From NCBI GenBank assembly GCA_963749495.1, contig CAVVMW010000006.1, positions 832,001-896,000 on the forward strand: a stretch of 64,000 bases of DNA, written 5' to 3'. Below, one piece after another: positions 37,288-50,900 of this stretch. This stretch comes from an uncultured bacterium (GTDB lineage Bacteria > Verrucomicrobiota > Verrucomicrobiia > Limisphaerales > UBA8199). The first letter of the stretch is position 1, and each line of letters opens with the position of its first letter. The position numbers and the translations under genes are program-made. The notes beneath the pieces are model-generated. The model saw only the letters and a program-made list of their open reading frames with translations. It did no database searches and was not told the origin of the DNA.

Positions 37288-40200
37288 TTGTATCTTGACC
37301 TTGTGTTGCAGTGTCCCGTTGCAAGGTTAAGTCTGGAGGTGCTCCTTGGCTGGGTGGTGCTGTCTCTGGCGCTGGCCGGCGCGCGCGCCGCGCTGGTGCT
37401 CACCGTGCAACCGGCGGGCAACAGCGGTTTCGATGTGTACGCCGACGGAGTGCTGGCTGCGCCCATCCGGTTGGCGGCCAACGGGGCCATCGTGGCCGGC
37501 CAGGTCCAGACCAATGCCTCGGGCATTGTCCTTTCCGGCCTTCGGGCCAAAGACCCGCAAGCGGTGAGCTTCGCGCCGGGCGACTTTGTGAGCGTGACCC
37601 TGCCCGGGGCCAACGCACCCAATGTGCCGGCGGTCTGGGAACCGGTGGTGCAGTTCCGCCTGACGGTGCAAACGTTCAACACGAACCGATGGCTGGGATT
37701 GTTCCCGAGCGGCCCGGCCCCGTTTCACTTTTTGATTTGCTCGATGCCGGGGGCCAAGGTTTGGCACCAACTGGGATGGCTCAATGCCACGCCTTTGGCC
37801 GACCCGTTCCCGCTCCTGCAGGACGCACACGACGGCTCGCCCGAGCTCTCCTGTCTGTGGAACCGCAACTGGAGTTACATCTGCCCGGTGGGCGGGCACC
37901 CGATACCGATGATCGGCTTGTGGGACCCGGCGGCGAGCCTCTACGTGGGCTATGATTTCCAGGGCGCCCGAGTCGCCGACGGCTCGGAACGTTACGTGGC
38001 CACGACCTATTGCTGGCAGCAGGACACCAGTGCGAATTTCGTCACGCTGGCCTATCCATACGGCGGGGTCCGCTTTGGCCAGCAGGCCTATCCCGCAGGC
38101 GGAGAAGTGCTGGCTTCGTGGTTCAACCTGGAAATCGACAACCAATTGCCGGACACCGAGGACCCCAATGAGCGGTTTCAGGAGCGGCTGTTCGCGCGCT
38201 ACACCAATTCGCTGCCGGCGGTGCCGGCGCTGAACGACCTGGGGTGGATTCCGGGTTATGCTCACTCGGCGGATTTCCCACAGGCCCCCGGCCTGACGCT
38301 TTACAGCAGCGGCGACGGGCCGCCGTACCGCCCGACCAACAGCGTGGTGCTTCGCGGCTGGACGGGCCACCGCGAGATGCCGGTGGAGAGCGCGGTGGAC
38401 CACGGGAATTGGGGCGCCATCGCCGGCGCGCGCGCGCAATTGGATACCCTGCTCACCAACTACGGCAAGGTCTTCACCGCGGGCGGCGAGACGTGTCTCT
38501 ATTGGGACAAGCCGCTGGTTGGTTCCTGGAACGCGAATTGGGGCGGCGGCGCGGTCACCACCCTGCACAATTCCGAGGGGTGGTACGCCGCGCGCGTGCT
38601 CGTGGAACTCTATCGCTATGACCTGCGGCAAGGCATTCGGGACACCAACTATCTCCAGGCCATCGAACGGGCTCTTCAACTGGGCCAAGCATTTCGTCTG
38701 GAGCCGGAATGAATTCGATGATGTGCCGTCGTCTCCCTTTGCCATCGGCTCGACGCTCTGCTGCGCGTTTCTGCTGGATTACTATTTCACCTTCAAGGAC
38801 GACCCGGCGCGCGGGGCCAATGCGGCGCTGGCGCTGCGCCTGGCCGGCAACGTCACCTGGCGCTACCTCCAGTGCTGGGCCATGGATTCGGATCGCGCCG
38901 ATGGCATTGACGGGGCCTTCCTGGCCGAACCGAACAGCGGGCGCGATTGGGCGGCGTTGGGCTGCGCCAACGAAGTGAACTGGAATATTGACGCCCTCAC
39001 GCAGGTCTATGTCCATACCGGCGATGCGCGAATGCGCTATTATTTGCGCGGGATGCTCCAGCGCTGGCCGGCCCTTTACCGGCCCATTTACGAGCCCTCC
39101 ATCGCCCAATACGGGAGCGATGCGCTGACCGAAGGCTATGGGTTGTTTGATGGCGCCGGGCCGGGCCGCGGCAACCGCTACGATTACGGTTTCACCGAGC
39201 CGCTCCCGCTCAATGAACCCATTGGCGCCTCGAGCCTGCGCGTCGTAGCCGGCGCCCGCGCCTGCATCGGGTTTGGCAACAGCAGCACCAGCCGCGATGT
39301 GGCCGACTACCGCACCGACGGCAACGGCAACTGCTCCTTGCGCATCGTCTCGGCCACCGCCGCGCCATTCGATGCCAGCTTCTCTTATCCGTTCGTGGAT
39401 ATCTCGCGCCTGCCGGTGACCCGGCAGCGCGGGACTCAACTCATCACGCTGGGCTCCAACCTGCTCCGGCACCCGGCGCAGTCTCCCAGTTCGCTCTATT
39501 TCGTGCAGGTCATGAACGGCGACCTCCTCACCGTGGGCACGCTGCCAACCAATGCGCCGGTGGTTCCATCGGCCACACCGCTGGCCTATGACGATTCGGA
39601 CGTTGGGCCCCGAACCAACGGTTTCTTCATCTCCGCGCCGCTGGCAGGGGATTATCTTCTGCCGCAAGACTGGGGCGATCCACACTCGTTGGCGGGGTTG
39701 GTTGCCGGCCAGCACTGGTTTTTTGGGGTGCCCTATCGGCAGGGGCTGCGCGCCGCGACCAACCTGGCGGCCGCCAGCGCCCCAGGGGCCTGCGCTGCTG
39801 TGATAGCGTATTCGCCGCCCGAAGCCCAAACCTTGACTGCGGCCCCGAAGCTGGTGCTCGATGATGGCACTGCGATGTCATTGAGCGGGCAGCCGGTCAT
39901 GGCCTGGCGCGGGTGGCCGATGCTCTTTAACCGCATGGTGCTCCTGGACTACGGCCTTGTCCCGCCCGGACACTCCGTCCGGCAAGTGGACCCTGCCGGC
40001 ACTTTGGCCATGGGCCTGACCGCCTTCACGGGGACCCAAAGCGCCTGGCAACCGGTGCAAACCGCTCTGTCCAATGCCGCCGCAGCCTTTGCCCTGGAGG
40101 AGCGCCAGCGCCAGATGCTCCTGGCGTTCCAGACCAACTTTAGCGGGTTGCCGGCTGGCAAGATGGCCCTCCTGCCGCTCAGCACGGAGGGCGCCGCCGC

Positions 40201-41083
40201 CAACTTTGCCGCCCTCACCGGTCTGAATCTCAAGTGGCGCGCCCTGACTGAAGCCGAATTGGTGGACGGGGTAACCTTTACCGCCGCGCGCTTTCCCCTG
40301 GCCTTTTACCTGGGCGGCGAGAACTACGTCAAAACCGTCGTCGCGCAGGCCGATGCCAAGGGCGCGGTCACGCGCTACCTGGCAGGCGGGGGCACGCTCG
40401 TGCCGCTGGCGACGGGACCGTTTCCGTTTTATTACGGCTACGGCCCCAATGACCAGGCAGGCCCCCCGGACCCGCTGTTGCCCCAGTTGGGCTTGCCCCT
40501 CTACAATGCCTTCGAGCAAGCGCCCCCGAATTTGAGCATGGTGGTCTGCACCAACCAAAGCCTGCTGCACTCGGCGCCCTCGGTTTTCCCGTTTCCGCCG
40601 GGCGACCCGCGCCTCCGCTCGGTGGACCGCAGCCAGGTTTCCAGCGCCCATCGCTACGTGCCTTGGATTACAGTGACGAATCCCGCCGGGCTGAGCTACG
40701 GAGATGCCGCTTGCTTTATCGAATTGGGCTCCGGACCCGCCCAAGGCGGCAAGATCCTGTATATCTGGTCCACACTCCTCTCAGGTCCGCAGGGCCAGGC
40801 CCTGATGGCCGATGCGCTCAGTTGGATTCTCAATGCCACGTTCCGGCCCCCGGGCGCGCGCATCAACTCCATCCACCGGCAGGGCGCCAGTTCGCTCTCG
40901 CTCGGGTTCGATGCCCTGGCCAACCTGGATTACGAGCTTCAATACCGTGCCGGCCTTGGCCCCGCGGCCAATGGCTGGTCCCTGCTCCAGGAATTCGGCG
41001 CCGCGCCTGCGGACCGCTCGCTCCTGTCCACCAACTCGACCGCCGCCCAGTCCCGCTTCTTCCGGCTTTGGGTGAGACCCTGA
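37288..41083 (+). CDS. Large secreted hypothetical protein, possibly carbohydrate-active (frameshift near 38668)
   Basis: Signal peptide; Trp/Tyr-rich helical core (WYAARVLVELYRY...NEFDDVPSSPFAIG); C-terminus SRFFRLWVRP. Confidence 0.65.
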
Positions 41084-41096
41084 TCCGCACGCCGCC

Positions 41097-44000
41097 ATGT
41101 CACGCGATGGCTCCAGTTCTGTCAATGCTCCGGGCTTCGGTTCAGGGCCTTTCCCGAAAGCTCTGATTCCATGCCTTTGTCGCAGCCTTTGTCGGCACCT
41201 TTGTCGAGAAATGGCCAGTCCGACAAAGGTTTCGACAAAGGCTGCGACAAAGGTCCTCCACTCGCGACGTTTTTGGGACAGGCTCTATTCAGGGCGGCGC
41301 GGACGAGGCGTCCGCGCTCCTATCCGGCTGCTGCCGCTGCTGCTGACTGCCTTGATGCTTTGCCCGGCCGCGGCTTGGGGCGGGGTCCTGATCTCGGAGT
41401 TCATGGCGATCAATCAGACGACGCTCGCCGACGAGGACGGGTCGTCTCCGGATTGGATTGAGCTTTACAACTCGGGCACCAACGCAGTGGATCTCGGCGG
41501 CTGGTATCTCTCCAACCAGGCAGCCACTCTTGCGCAATGGCGGCTTCCTTCGACAAACCTCGGGCCAAACGCCTTTCTGGTCGTCTTTGCGTCGGGCAAG
41601 GACCGCGCGGTGCCGGGCGCGCCGCTGCACACGAATTTCAAGTTGAAGAATTCGGGTGGCTACCTGGCGCTGGTCATGCCCGACGGCGTCACCAAGGCGA
41701 GCGAGATTGTCTCCTATCCGCCGCAATTCGCGGACATCTCGTATGGCTGCGTGATGACGCAGCTTGGAGCGGGCGATTGGGCAATCACCCAACCGCCAGT
41801 TTACCTCTATCCGCCGACGCCCGGCACCTGGAACAACAGCGTCGGCTCCGCGCGGGCGCCGATGCCAGTGACCTTCTGGCCGCCGGCAGGCGTTTATGCG
41901 AGCAACACACTCTGGGCCGCCCTGGCCGCTTTCGATTCGGATTCGATTCACTATACCCTGGACGGCTCGACCCCGGGCACCAATTCCCCCGTCTGCACCA
42001 ACGCCATCCGGTTTTCCACCGACGCGGTCATTCGGGCGCGGGCTTATCGGGATGGCCTGCCGAGCGAAGTCAGCGCCGCCAACTACATTCTGATTAGCCC
42101 CAGCCTGACCAACTTCAGCAGCAATTTGCCGCTGGTGGTCGTTGACACGCTGGGGCAGACGATACAGGACGTCTCGAAGATCGGCGCGTATGCGATTTTC
42201 ATCGAGACGAACGGCCCTGCCGGCCGCGCAACGCTATTGAGCCCCGGCGACTACGTGGGGCGGCTGGGCATTGGGCTGCACGGCAACTCCTCGCTGGGCT
42301 TCCCCAAGCTGCCCTACAAGATCGAACTGGATGGCGAAAACGGCCAACAGGTCAACCAGCAACTGCTCGGGCAGCCGCCGGGCAACAACTGGGTCCTGTA
42401 TCCGCCGTACTCCGACAAGACGTTCCTGAACAATTTCCTGAGCTTCGAGTGGTTCGAGCAGATGGGCCACTACAGCGTGCGCCGGCGCTATGTCGAACTG
42501 TTCTTGCGCAGCGCGCCGGGCCGGCTGACCTACGGCGATTACCTGGGCATCTATGTCCTGCTCGAGAAAATCCGGGTGAGCCCAAGCCGGGTGAACATCG
42601 CGAAACTGACGCCGTCGGACAACACGCCGCCCGCGGTGACTGGCGGCTATATCTTTGACAAGAACAGGATAAAGCCCGGCAAAGTGACCTTTACAACCTC
42701 CAGCGGCCAGGAGCTGATAGTGTATCGGCCCAAGACGCCCACGCAGCCCCAACACGAGTACCTGGCCGATTACGTGAACGCCTTCGAGGCGGTCCTCTAC
42801 GGCCCGAACTGGCGCGACCCGCTCTGCGGGTACGCGAGTTATATCGAGTCGGATTCCTTTGTGGATTTCCATTGGATCACCGAATTCACCAAGGACATTG
42901 ACGCCATCCGGCTCAAGAACTTCATGAGCAAGGACCGCAACGGGAAGATCCAGGCGGGACCGATCTGGGACTGGGACCTGAGTTTGGGAAACGCCAATTA
43001 CGCGGAGGGGGGAAAGACCAATGGATGGTACTACCCGCTGCTGAGCGATAGCGACAACCTGTGGCTGCGACAACTGCGCACCGACCCGGATTTCCATCAG
43101 AAGATCATCAACCGCTGGGGCACATTGCGGCTGGGCGTGTTGAACGTGACGAACATCTTTGCGCGCATCGATCAGCTCACCAATTATCTCTGGGAGGCCC
43201 AGGCCCGCGATTTCATCCGCTGGCCGCGCCTGGGCATTTATGTCTGGCCCAATCCCAACGGGGCAGCCGGCGGTTGGGACGTGGATTACGCAAGCCCCGC
43301 GACTTACGCCGGCATCATCGGCCAAATGGGAAAGTGGCTCCTGGGCCGTTATCTCTGGATTGACGGCCAATTCGTGCCCGCGCCCGCTTTGGCAACCAAC
43401 GGCGCGCTGCTTTCGATGAGCGCGCCCCTGGGTTCGGTGTATTACACCCTGGATGCCACCGACCCCCGCGCCGACGGCGGGGCGCTCAGCCCCTCCGCGC
43501 GCCTCTACAGCGGCACGGTAACGCTCACCAATAATGCCGGGATTTTCGCCCGCGCCTTTTGCACCAATGCCTGGAGCCTCCCGCCCGGGCCCTCTATCTG
43601 GAGGCGATGCCCTCGCTGCGCATCACCGAAATCATGTATCATCCCGCCCCGCCACCGGCCAACAGCCCCTTTGCGGCTGCAGACTTTGAGTTCGTCGAGA
43701 TCCAAAACACCGGGACCAATACTATCAACCTGGCCGGGGCGCGCCTGAGCGGCCCTATCAATTTCACATTCGCCCCGAGCCAGTTGACGCCGTCGGGCGC
43801 CGACGCCACCAACGATTTCGAGGGCGGTCCCAATGCAACCAGATTCGTGGCCTCCACCTTGGGCAGCCCGCCAGGACCCTATCTGACCAACGACGGCCCC
43901 TCCGGCGCTCTGCTCTGCCTGCTCAACAGCAGCACCAATCCCGCCCGAAATCGCCTCGCCTTCAACCAGACCGGCGCCGGCAGTTGTGACCGGGTCATCG

Positions 44001-45766
44001 CCGATTTCGATTTTCGCGCCTCCTGCAAGCCCTCGACGGTTGTTGCCGGCAACCCCACCTCCCAGAACTTCGACACCGCCGGCACGCCCTACACCCTGAC
44101 CCACAGCGGAACTACCGCGCCGATCGTGTTCCCGGCCGACTCCGGTTCCACCGGCCGGTTCCTGCGCCTGGTGCCGGCCGACGGCAGCGAACTGGGCGTA
44201 ATCGCCTTTAACCAAAGCGCCACTGGCGCATGGAGTTCGGTCGTCGCCACGTTCGACTTCCGCATCACGCCGCCTGCGGGCGCCGTGCCAGCCGATGGGC
44301 TGGGCTTTGCCCTGCTCAACACGGGGGTCTATGGCGCCAGCGGCGCCGGCCCCTTCTTCGGCGAAGAGCCAACTTGACCGGTTCAATTGGCCTGGGCTTC
44401 GATGTCTATAACAACGGTCCGACGCCCCAGGAGCCCAACGCCAATCATATCTCACTGCACTGGAACGGCGCGCAGGTGGGCAATGCCTTCATCCCCTCGT
44501 TCCACATGGCCAATGGCAAGTTCCATCGCGCGCAAGTCATCGTCTGGTTCGTGGCCAGCCATGCCTATGTGACGGCCCGGCTCACCCCTGACATCAACGG
44601 CACCCCCGGGCCGACCGAAACGGTCCTGCAAAACGCGTTGATCGTGGGCGCCGCCCCTTATCCGGCGCGGGTGGCGTTTGGCGCGCGCACCGGCGGGTTG
44701 TGGGCGACGCATGACCTGGACAATGTCACGGTGCAGTTCACCCAGAACCAGGCCGCGGCAGCGGGCGTCTCGCTGTTGTTTTTGCCCGTCTCCCGGTTCG
44801 GTCCGAGCGGTCCCGGCACCACGTTGGCCACCTTCACCGATTGGCCGCTGGCCCCAGACACCCTCGCCCTGGACCTGGCTTTCAACCCCTGGAACCTTGC
44901 CAACAACGTCTCCCTTTATTGGAATGGAGCACCGGCCGGCAGCATCACTCTGCCCGCCGGCACGCTGCAGCTTGGCGACGGAGTCTTTCATCATGCCCGC
45001 CTCCAACTCGATGCGTTGGGCGGCGGCGCCTGCGCCACGGCCACGCTCACGCCCAACAGCCTCGGCACGCCCGGCGCGCCCGTGAACGTCTTTTCAAACC
45101 TGTTCATCCCGGGCGTCACCCTGGGCAACAGCCGCCTGGAATTTGCCGCCCGCAACGGCGGGCTGGCCGCCAAACTCGATTTGGACAATGTCCAGGGCGC
45201 CTTCCAGGCCCTGGTTCCTTTGCTCCTGGACCCGGGCCAATCCATTGTCGTGGTCCACAACCTTGCCGCCTTTGCCTCACGCTACGGCACGGGCGCGCGC
45301 GTCGCGGGCCAGTTCTCCGGCTCGCTCGACACTGCCGGCCAGCCGCTGGTCTTGCTCGGTCCGGTGGGCGAACCGATTCTGGACTTCAGTTGGGACCCGG
45401 CCTGGTATCCCATTACAGATGGCGGCGGCTTTTCGCTGGTGGCGGTTGACCCGAACGCCCCACTGGTTGCCTGGGGTCTGGCCGGCAATTGGCGGCCCTC
45501 GAGCCGAGCTCGAGGGTTCGCCCGGCGCCGCGGACCCGCCCCCGCCCCCGGCCACGTTGACCGTCAACCGGCTGCCTGGCTGCGAAGCACTCGCTTTGGC
45601 TTGGCCTGCCAGCGCCGGGAACTTCAGCCTGTTCTGGGCCGCCTCTTTGTCGCCTCCAGCCACCTGGCTGCCAGTCCCCAACACCCCAGTCCTGTCCAGC
45701 AACCAGTTCGTAGTGCCCTGGAATGCGCCAACCAACCGCGCCTGCTTCTTCCGGTTGGGGCAGTAA
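41097..45766 (+). CDS. Secreted lamin-tail / chitobiase-Fn3 / CotH kinase / lectin multidomain protein (frameshifts near 43580, 44372, 45510)
   Basis: LISEFMA.N....DEDG..DWIELYN; IHYTLDGSTP; HGNSS..FPK..Y; GPIWDWDLS.GN; LRITEIMYHP; ends CFFRLGQ. Confidence 0.8.
41141..41295. mobile_element. 147-bp MITE-like insertion in frame in the CotH-protein N-terminus
   Basis: TTCAGGGC direct repeats at 41141 and 41288; imperfect IRs AGGGCCTTTCCCGAAA / TTTTGGGACAGGCTCT; internal CTTTGTCG doublet. Confidence 0.6.
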
Positions 45767-45769
45767 CAG

Positions 45770-46012
45770 TTGAGGGCTTCGCGGTTTTCAGGTGTCGCTA
45801 CGCGACGCGGGGGAGATTGGGCCGCGGGTCCGTGGACTGAAAGTCCACGGCTACCATCGGCCACCGCTACGCGGTGAACCGGACGCAGCGCGCGCGTCGC
45901 GTCGCGACGCAGTGAAGGTAGCCGTGGACCTCGGTCCACGGTTCGGGGCGCAGGAATGGTTACGCGTCGCGTCGCGACGCCTGAGGGCTTCGCGGTTTTC
46001 AGGCGTCGCTAC
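45770..46012. repeat. REP-like array, same family as 14586-14884
   Basis: Shared CCGTGGAC...GTCCACGGCTACCATCG...CCGCTACGCGGTGA and GTGAAGGTAGCCGTGGACCTCGGTCCACGGTTCGGGGCG. Confidence 0.8.
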
Positions 46013-46094
46013 GAAGGTGTGAAAAAATGCCAAAACGGACAACATCCCCGAAAACGTCCCTCTGTTTTGCTGGGGAGCTTGAAGGCGACCGGTT

Positions 46095-47574
46095 TCACGG
46101 TTTCTTGTTGGAGAGCAGTTTGCTGGGAGAGGGGATTTCCGAGGCATCCCAGCCGCCGCCAAGGGCCTCGACGAGTTGGACGCTGGCGGTCATTTGCTGC
46201 ACTCGAAGGTTCACGAGGGTTTGCCGATTGGCCAGGTAGGTGGTTTGAGCGATGATCACGTTGAGGTAACTGTCAAGCCCCTGTTCCCATCGAATCGTGG
46301 CCAATTTCAAGAATCGCTCGGAGGAGGTCACGGCGGCCTCCTGCTGCTGCACCTGGTGGGCGAGGATTCGCAATGCGGCCAGGTTATTCTCGACCTCCTG
46401 GAAGGCGGTCAGTACGGTCTGGCGGTACTTGGCGACTGTATTCTCGTAGTCGGCCCGGAATTGTTGGACCGTGGCTTTGCGCAGGCCGGCATCGAAGATG
46501 GTCTCGGCCAGGCCGGCACCGACCGACCAGAAGCGGCTGGACCAGTTGAACAGGCTTGAGGGTGAGCCGCTTTGAAGGCCTGCTGAGGCGCTCAATGTCA
46601 CGTTAGGGTAGTAGGCGGCCTTGGCCACGCCGATGCGGGCGTTGGCCTCCGCGACACGGCGTTCGGCGGCAGCAATATCGGGACGCCGTTCCAGGAGTTG
46701 GGAGGGAACGCCCCAGGGGGCGGGGGGCGGGCTTGCGTTGAGCGGTTCGACCGGGATGGAAAGGGCGGCAGGGGGTTTGCCGATCAACAGGGCGATGGCG
46801 TGCTCGAGTTGGGCCCGAAGGATGTCCAGGTTGGTGGCCTGGGCTTCGGCGGTCGCAAGCTGCGTCTGGGCTTGGGCAACGTCCTCGTCCGAAACCAGGC
46901 CGTTGTCGAGCTTAACCTGGGTCAACTGGAGTGACTCCCGGTAGGCGCGGACGGTGTCATCGTACAACTGCTTGAGCGTATCCTGGGAGTGGAGCTGGAA
47001 GAAATCGGCGGCCAACTCCGCCTGGGCTGTCAGGCGGGTGTTTTCGAGGTCGGCGGTGGTGGCCTGGGCTTCAAAGGCATTGGCGTTGACGGTGTTGCGA
47101 ATCCGGCCCCAGAGGTCGAGTTGCCAGGAGGCATCCAGCGGGAGCGAGAAGTCGGTGACGGTCGAACCCCCGCCCGCGGCACCGGCTCCGAGAGCGCCGC
47201 CCCTGGACCGGGTCACGTTCGGGCTGGCGGCCAGCGTCGGGAACAATTGCGCCCGCGCCTCCTTGACCATGGCCCGGGCTGAAAGGAAACTGGCGAAAGC
47301 GGCGGCCACGTTCTGGTTGGAAACGGCGACCTGCCTCTTCGAGGGCATTCAATTGGGGGTTGTTGAACACTTCCCACCACTTGCCGCGAATGACGGCATC
47401 TTTGGGCTCGGCCACTTTCCAGATATTCGTGGCGTCGGGGCTTTGCGGGGCGAGTTCCTTGTACGCGGCGGGGGTTTGCACCGGCGGCCGTTGATAGCGG
47501 GGGGCCAGGTTGCAGCCGCCCGTCAAGAGCAAGGCCAGCAGCCAGGCGGCGGAGGCCGCATGCCTTGGGATCAT
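46095..47574 (-). CDS. RND efflux outer membrane lipoprotein (NodT/OMF family; frameshift near 47335)
   Basis: Lipobox LLTGGC; WWEVFNNPQLNAL; PSQLLERRPDIAAAER; ALGGGW. An upstream in-frame ATG exists at 47958. Confidence 0.88.
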
Positions 47575-47892
47575 GAACCAGAGTGGCCTCGCCTGGCGCG
47601 AAGCGTTTTGGAGTGCGCCAGTCCTCTGGCGCTTTTTGGGCCCTGGGGACGAGAAAGCGGCAGAGGACTGCCGCAGTCCAAAACGTTGCGGGCTTCGCTT
47701 GGGTTCATGGAGAGCCCCCTTTGGCTTCTGCCAATGCATTGGGACCATGAACCGGTCAGGGGCCCCGAGGCTGCGAAGCGTTTTGGACTGCGGCAGTCCT
47801 CTGCCACTTTCGCGTTCCCAGAACCAGGGACTGAAAAGCGGCAGAGGACTGCCGCAGTCCAAAACCTGCGGGCTTGGGGTCGGTTGATGGAG
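47572..47892. repeat. Two tandem REP-doublet units bounded by CATGAACC / GGTT(C/G)ATGG
   Basis: Two TTGGA.TGCG.CAGTCCTCTG...AAAGCGGCAGAGGACTGCCGCAGTCCAA doublets. Confidence 0.75.
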
Positions 47893-47954
47893 ACGGGCCG
47901 GGTGGTGTGTCCCATCCCACTTCCCACTGGATGAGGGGTTCAGCATATTCAAAG

Positions 47955-50900
47955 TCATTTGGCCGTTGCGCCATCGGCTCCCAAGGCGGGGTGCGGGGCG
48001 GCGGGCGTCGGCCGGCGCCGCCACGTTTCCCATCGGAGCCGCAAGCGGTCGATCTCCAAATAGACCACCGGTGTCGTATAGAGCGTGAGCACCTGGCTCA
48101 CGAGCAGTCCGCCCACGATGGCGATGCCCAGCGGGCGGCGCAGTTCCGAGCCGGCCCCCCTTCCCAGGACCAGGGGCAAGGCGCCAGATATGGCGGCCAT
48201 GGTCGTCATCATGATCGGCCGGAAGCGCAGGAGGCAGGCCTGGTAAATCGCCTCGACCGGGCGTTTGCCTTGCTCCCGCTGGGCGGCCAGGGCGAAGTCA
48301 ATCATCAGGATGGCGTTTTTCTTGACGATGCCGATGAGCAGCACCACGCCGATGAGGGCGATGACGCTCAGGTCGGTGTTAAAGACCATGAGCGCCAGGA
48401 CCGCGCCGACCCCAGCCGAGGGCAGGGTGGACAAAATGGTGACCGGATGGATGTAACTCTCATAGAGGATGCCCAGGACGATATAGACGGCCAGCAGGGC
48501 GGTGATAACGAGAATCGGTTCGCTGGCCAGCGAGGTCTGAAAGGCCTGCAAGGTCCCGGCAAAGCTTCCGTGAATCTGGGCTGGCAGGCCGATGCGCTGT
48601 TGCATCTGTTGCACAGCGCGGACGGCATCGCTCAAGGCCACGCCGGGGACAAGGTTGAACGAGACGGTCACGGCGGGAAACTGTCCCTGGTGGCTCACCG
48701 TGATGGGGGCGGTGTTTGGCTCATAACGAGTGATGGCGCTCAAGGGGACCTGCCCGCTGCTGTTGGTCGAGTGGAAGTAGATGTCACTCAGGCCTTGCGG
48801 GCCCTGCCAGAAGAGGGGATCGACCTCCATGACGACGTGGTACTGGTTGAGCGCCGTGTACATGGTCGAGACCTGCCGCTGGCCGAAGGCGTCATAAAGG
48901 GTATCATCGATGGCCTGGGCGCTGAGGCCCAGCCGGGAGGCGGTCAACCGGTCATAGACCAGCCAGGCCTGCAACCCGTTGTTCTGCTGGTCGCTGTTGA
49001 CGTCGGTAAAGCCCGGCAGTTTGCGCATCTCTTGCAAGACCCGGGGCCCCCATTTGACCAGGTCCTCCAGGTTATCGCTCTGAATGGTGTATTGAAACTG
49101 GGCGTTGCTCTGGCGCCCGCCGATGCGCAGGTCCTGGCCGGCTTGCATGAAGACGGTGGCGCCCGGCACCTGGGCCAGTTTTGGACGCAGCCGGGCGATG
49201 ACCTGGCTGGAGCTGATATTGCGCTCCCCCACCGGCTTCAATCCCACATAAACGAAACCGCCGTTGGCCGCGCCGCCCCCGCCCGTAAAGGCCATCACGT
49301 TGGCCACCGCCGGGTCGGTCTTGATGAGGCTCACGAAGCGGTCGGCAGCCGATCGCATGGCCTGAAACGAGGCGTCCTGCGCCCCCATCATGCCGCCGAA
49401 CACCGTGCCGTTGTCCTGCTGCGGAAAGAAGCCCTTGGGCACCCTGATAAACAGCACGACATTGAGGGTGACGGTCAGCAGCAGGACCGCCATCGTGAGA
49501 CCCGGATGCCGCAAGACGCGGCCCAGGCTGCGCTCGTAAAGGCCCAGCAACCACGCGAAGACCTTCTCGCCCGCCCGGTAGAGGCGCCCGTGCTGCTCGT
49601 CGGCCTTGGACCTGAGCAGCCGCGAACACATCATCGGCGTCGCCGTCAGCGAAACCCCCAGCGACACCAGGATGGCCGCCGAGAGGGTGACGGCAAACTC
49701 CCGGAAGAGGCGGCCGACAATGCCGCCCATGAGCAGGATGGGAGTGAACACGGCGATCAGCGAGATGCTGATGGTCATGACCGTGAACCCGACCTCGCGC
49801 GCCCCTCGGAGGGCCGCCTCCATAGGGGTCAATCCGTTTTCCAGGTGGCGGGTCACGTTTTCAATCACCACAATCGCATCGTCCACCACGAAGCCGGTCG
49901 AAATCGTCAGGGCCATCAGCGAGAGGTTGTCGATGGTGTAGCCGCACAGGTACATGATGCCGAAGGTGCCGATTAACGAGACGGGCACAGCCACGCTCGG
50001 GATAAGGGTCGCCCGCCCACTGCGCAGGAAAACAAATACCACCAGGATGACCAGCCCGACCGAGATGGTCAGGTTCCTTTCCACGTCGTGCACCGAGGCC
50101 CGAATGGTGGTGGTCCGGTCCATCACGACTGTCAGGTCGATGGCCGACGGGATGGAGGCCTTGAGCGAGGGCAGGGCGTTGCGGACGCGGTCCACGGTCT
50201 CGATGATGTTGGCGCCCGGCTGGCGAAAGACGATCACCAGCACGGAGGGCTGGCCGTTGACAAACCCCGCCGCGCGGATGTTCTCGGTCGAGTCCTGCAC
50301 GTCGGCCACGTCCGAGAGTTTGACGGCCGCCCCGTTGTGAAAGGAGACGATGAGCGGCCGGTAGTCCGCCGCCTTGAGCAACTGGTCGTTGGCCCCCAGG
50401 TCCGTGGTGCTCAGGGGGCCGGCCAACTGGCCCTTGGGCATATTGGCATTCTGCTGGCTGAGCATCGAGCGGACATCCTCCAGGCCCAGGCCCATGGCGT
50501 TCAACTGGGTCGGGTTGACCTCAACGCGCACGCCGGGCAGGGAACTGCCGCCGACGCTGACCTGGCCGACGCCCTGGACTTGGGAGAGCCGCTGCTGGAT
50601 GATGGTCGAGGCGGCATCGTAGAGCTGGCCCCGGTTATAAATGGGCGAGGTCAGGGCCAGGATCAGAATGGGCGCGTCGGCAGGATTGACTTTGCGATAG
50701 GTTGGATTGCTGGGCAGGTTGGAGGGCAGAAAGGCGCGGGCCGCATTGATGGCGGCCTGAACATCGCGGGCGGCCCCATCAATATTGCGATTGAGGTCGA
50801 ACTGCAAAGTGATGGAGGTCGTGCCCAGGTAGCTGGCGGAGGTCATCTCATTGACGCCGGCGATATGGCCCAACTGGCGCTCGAGGGGGCGGCCACCGCT

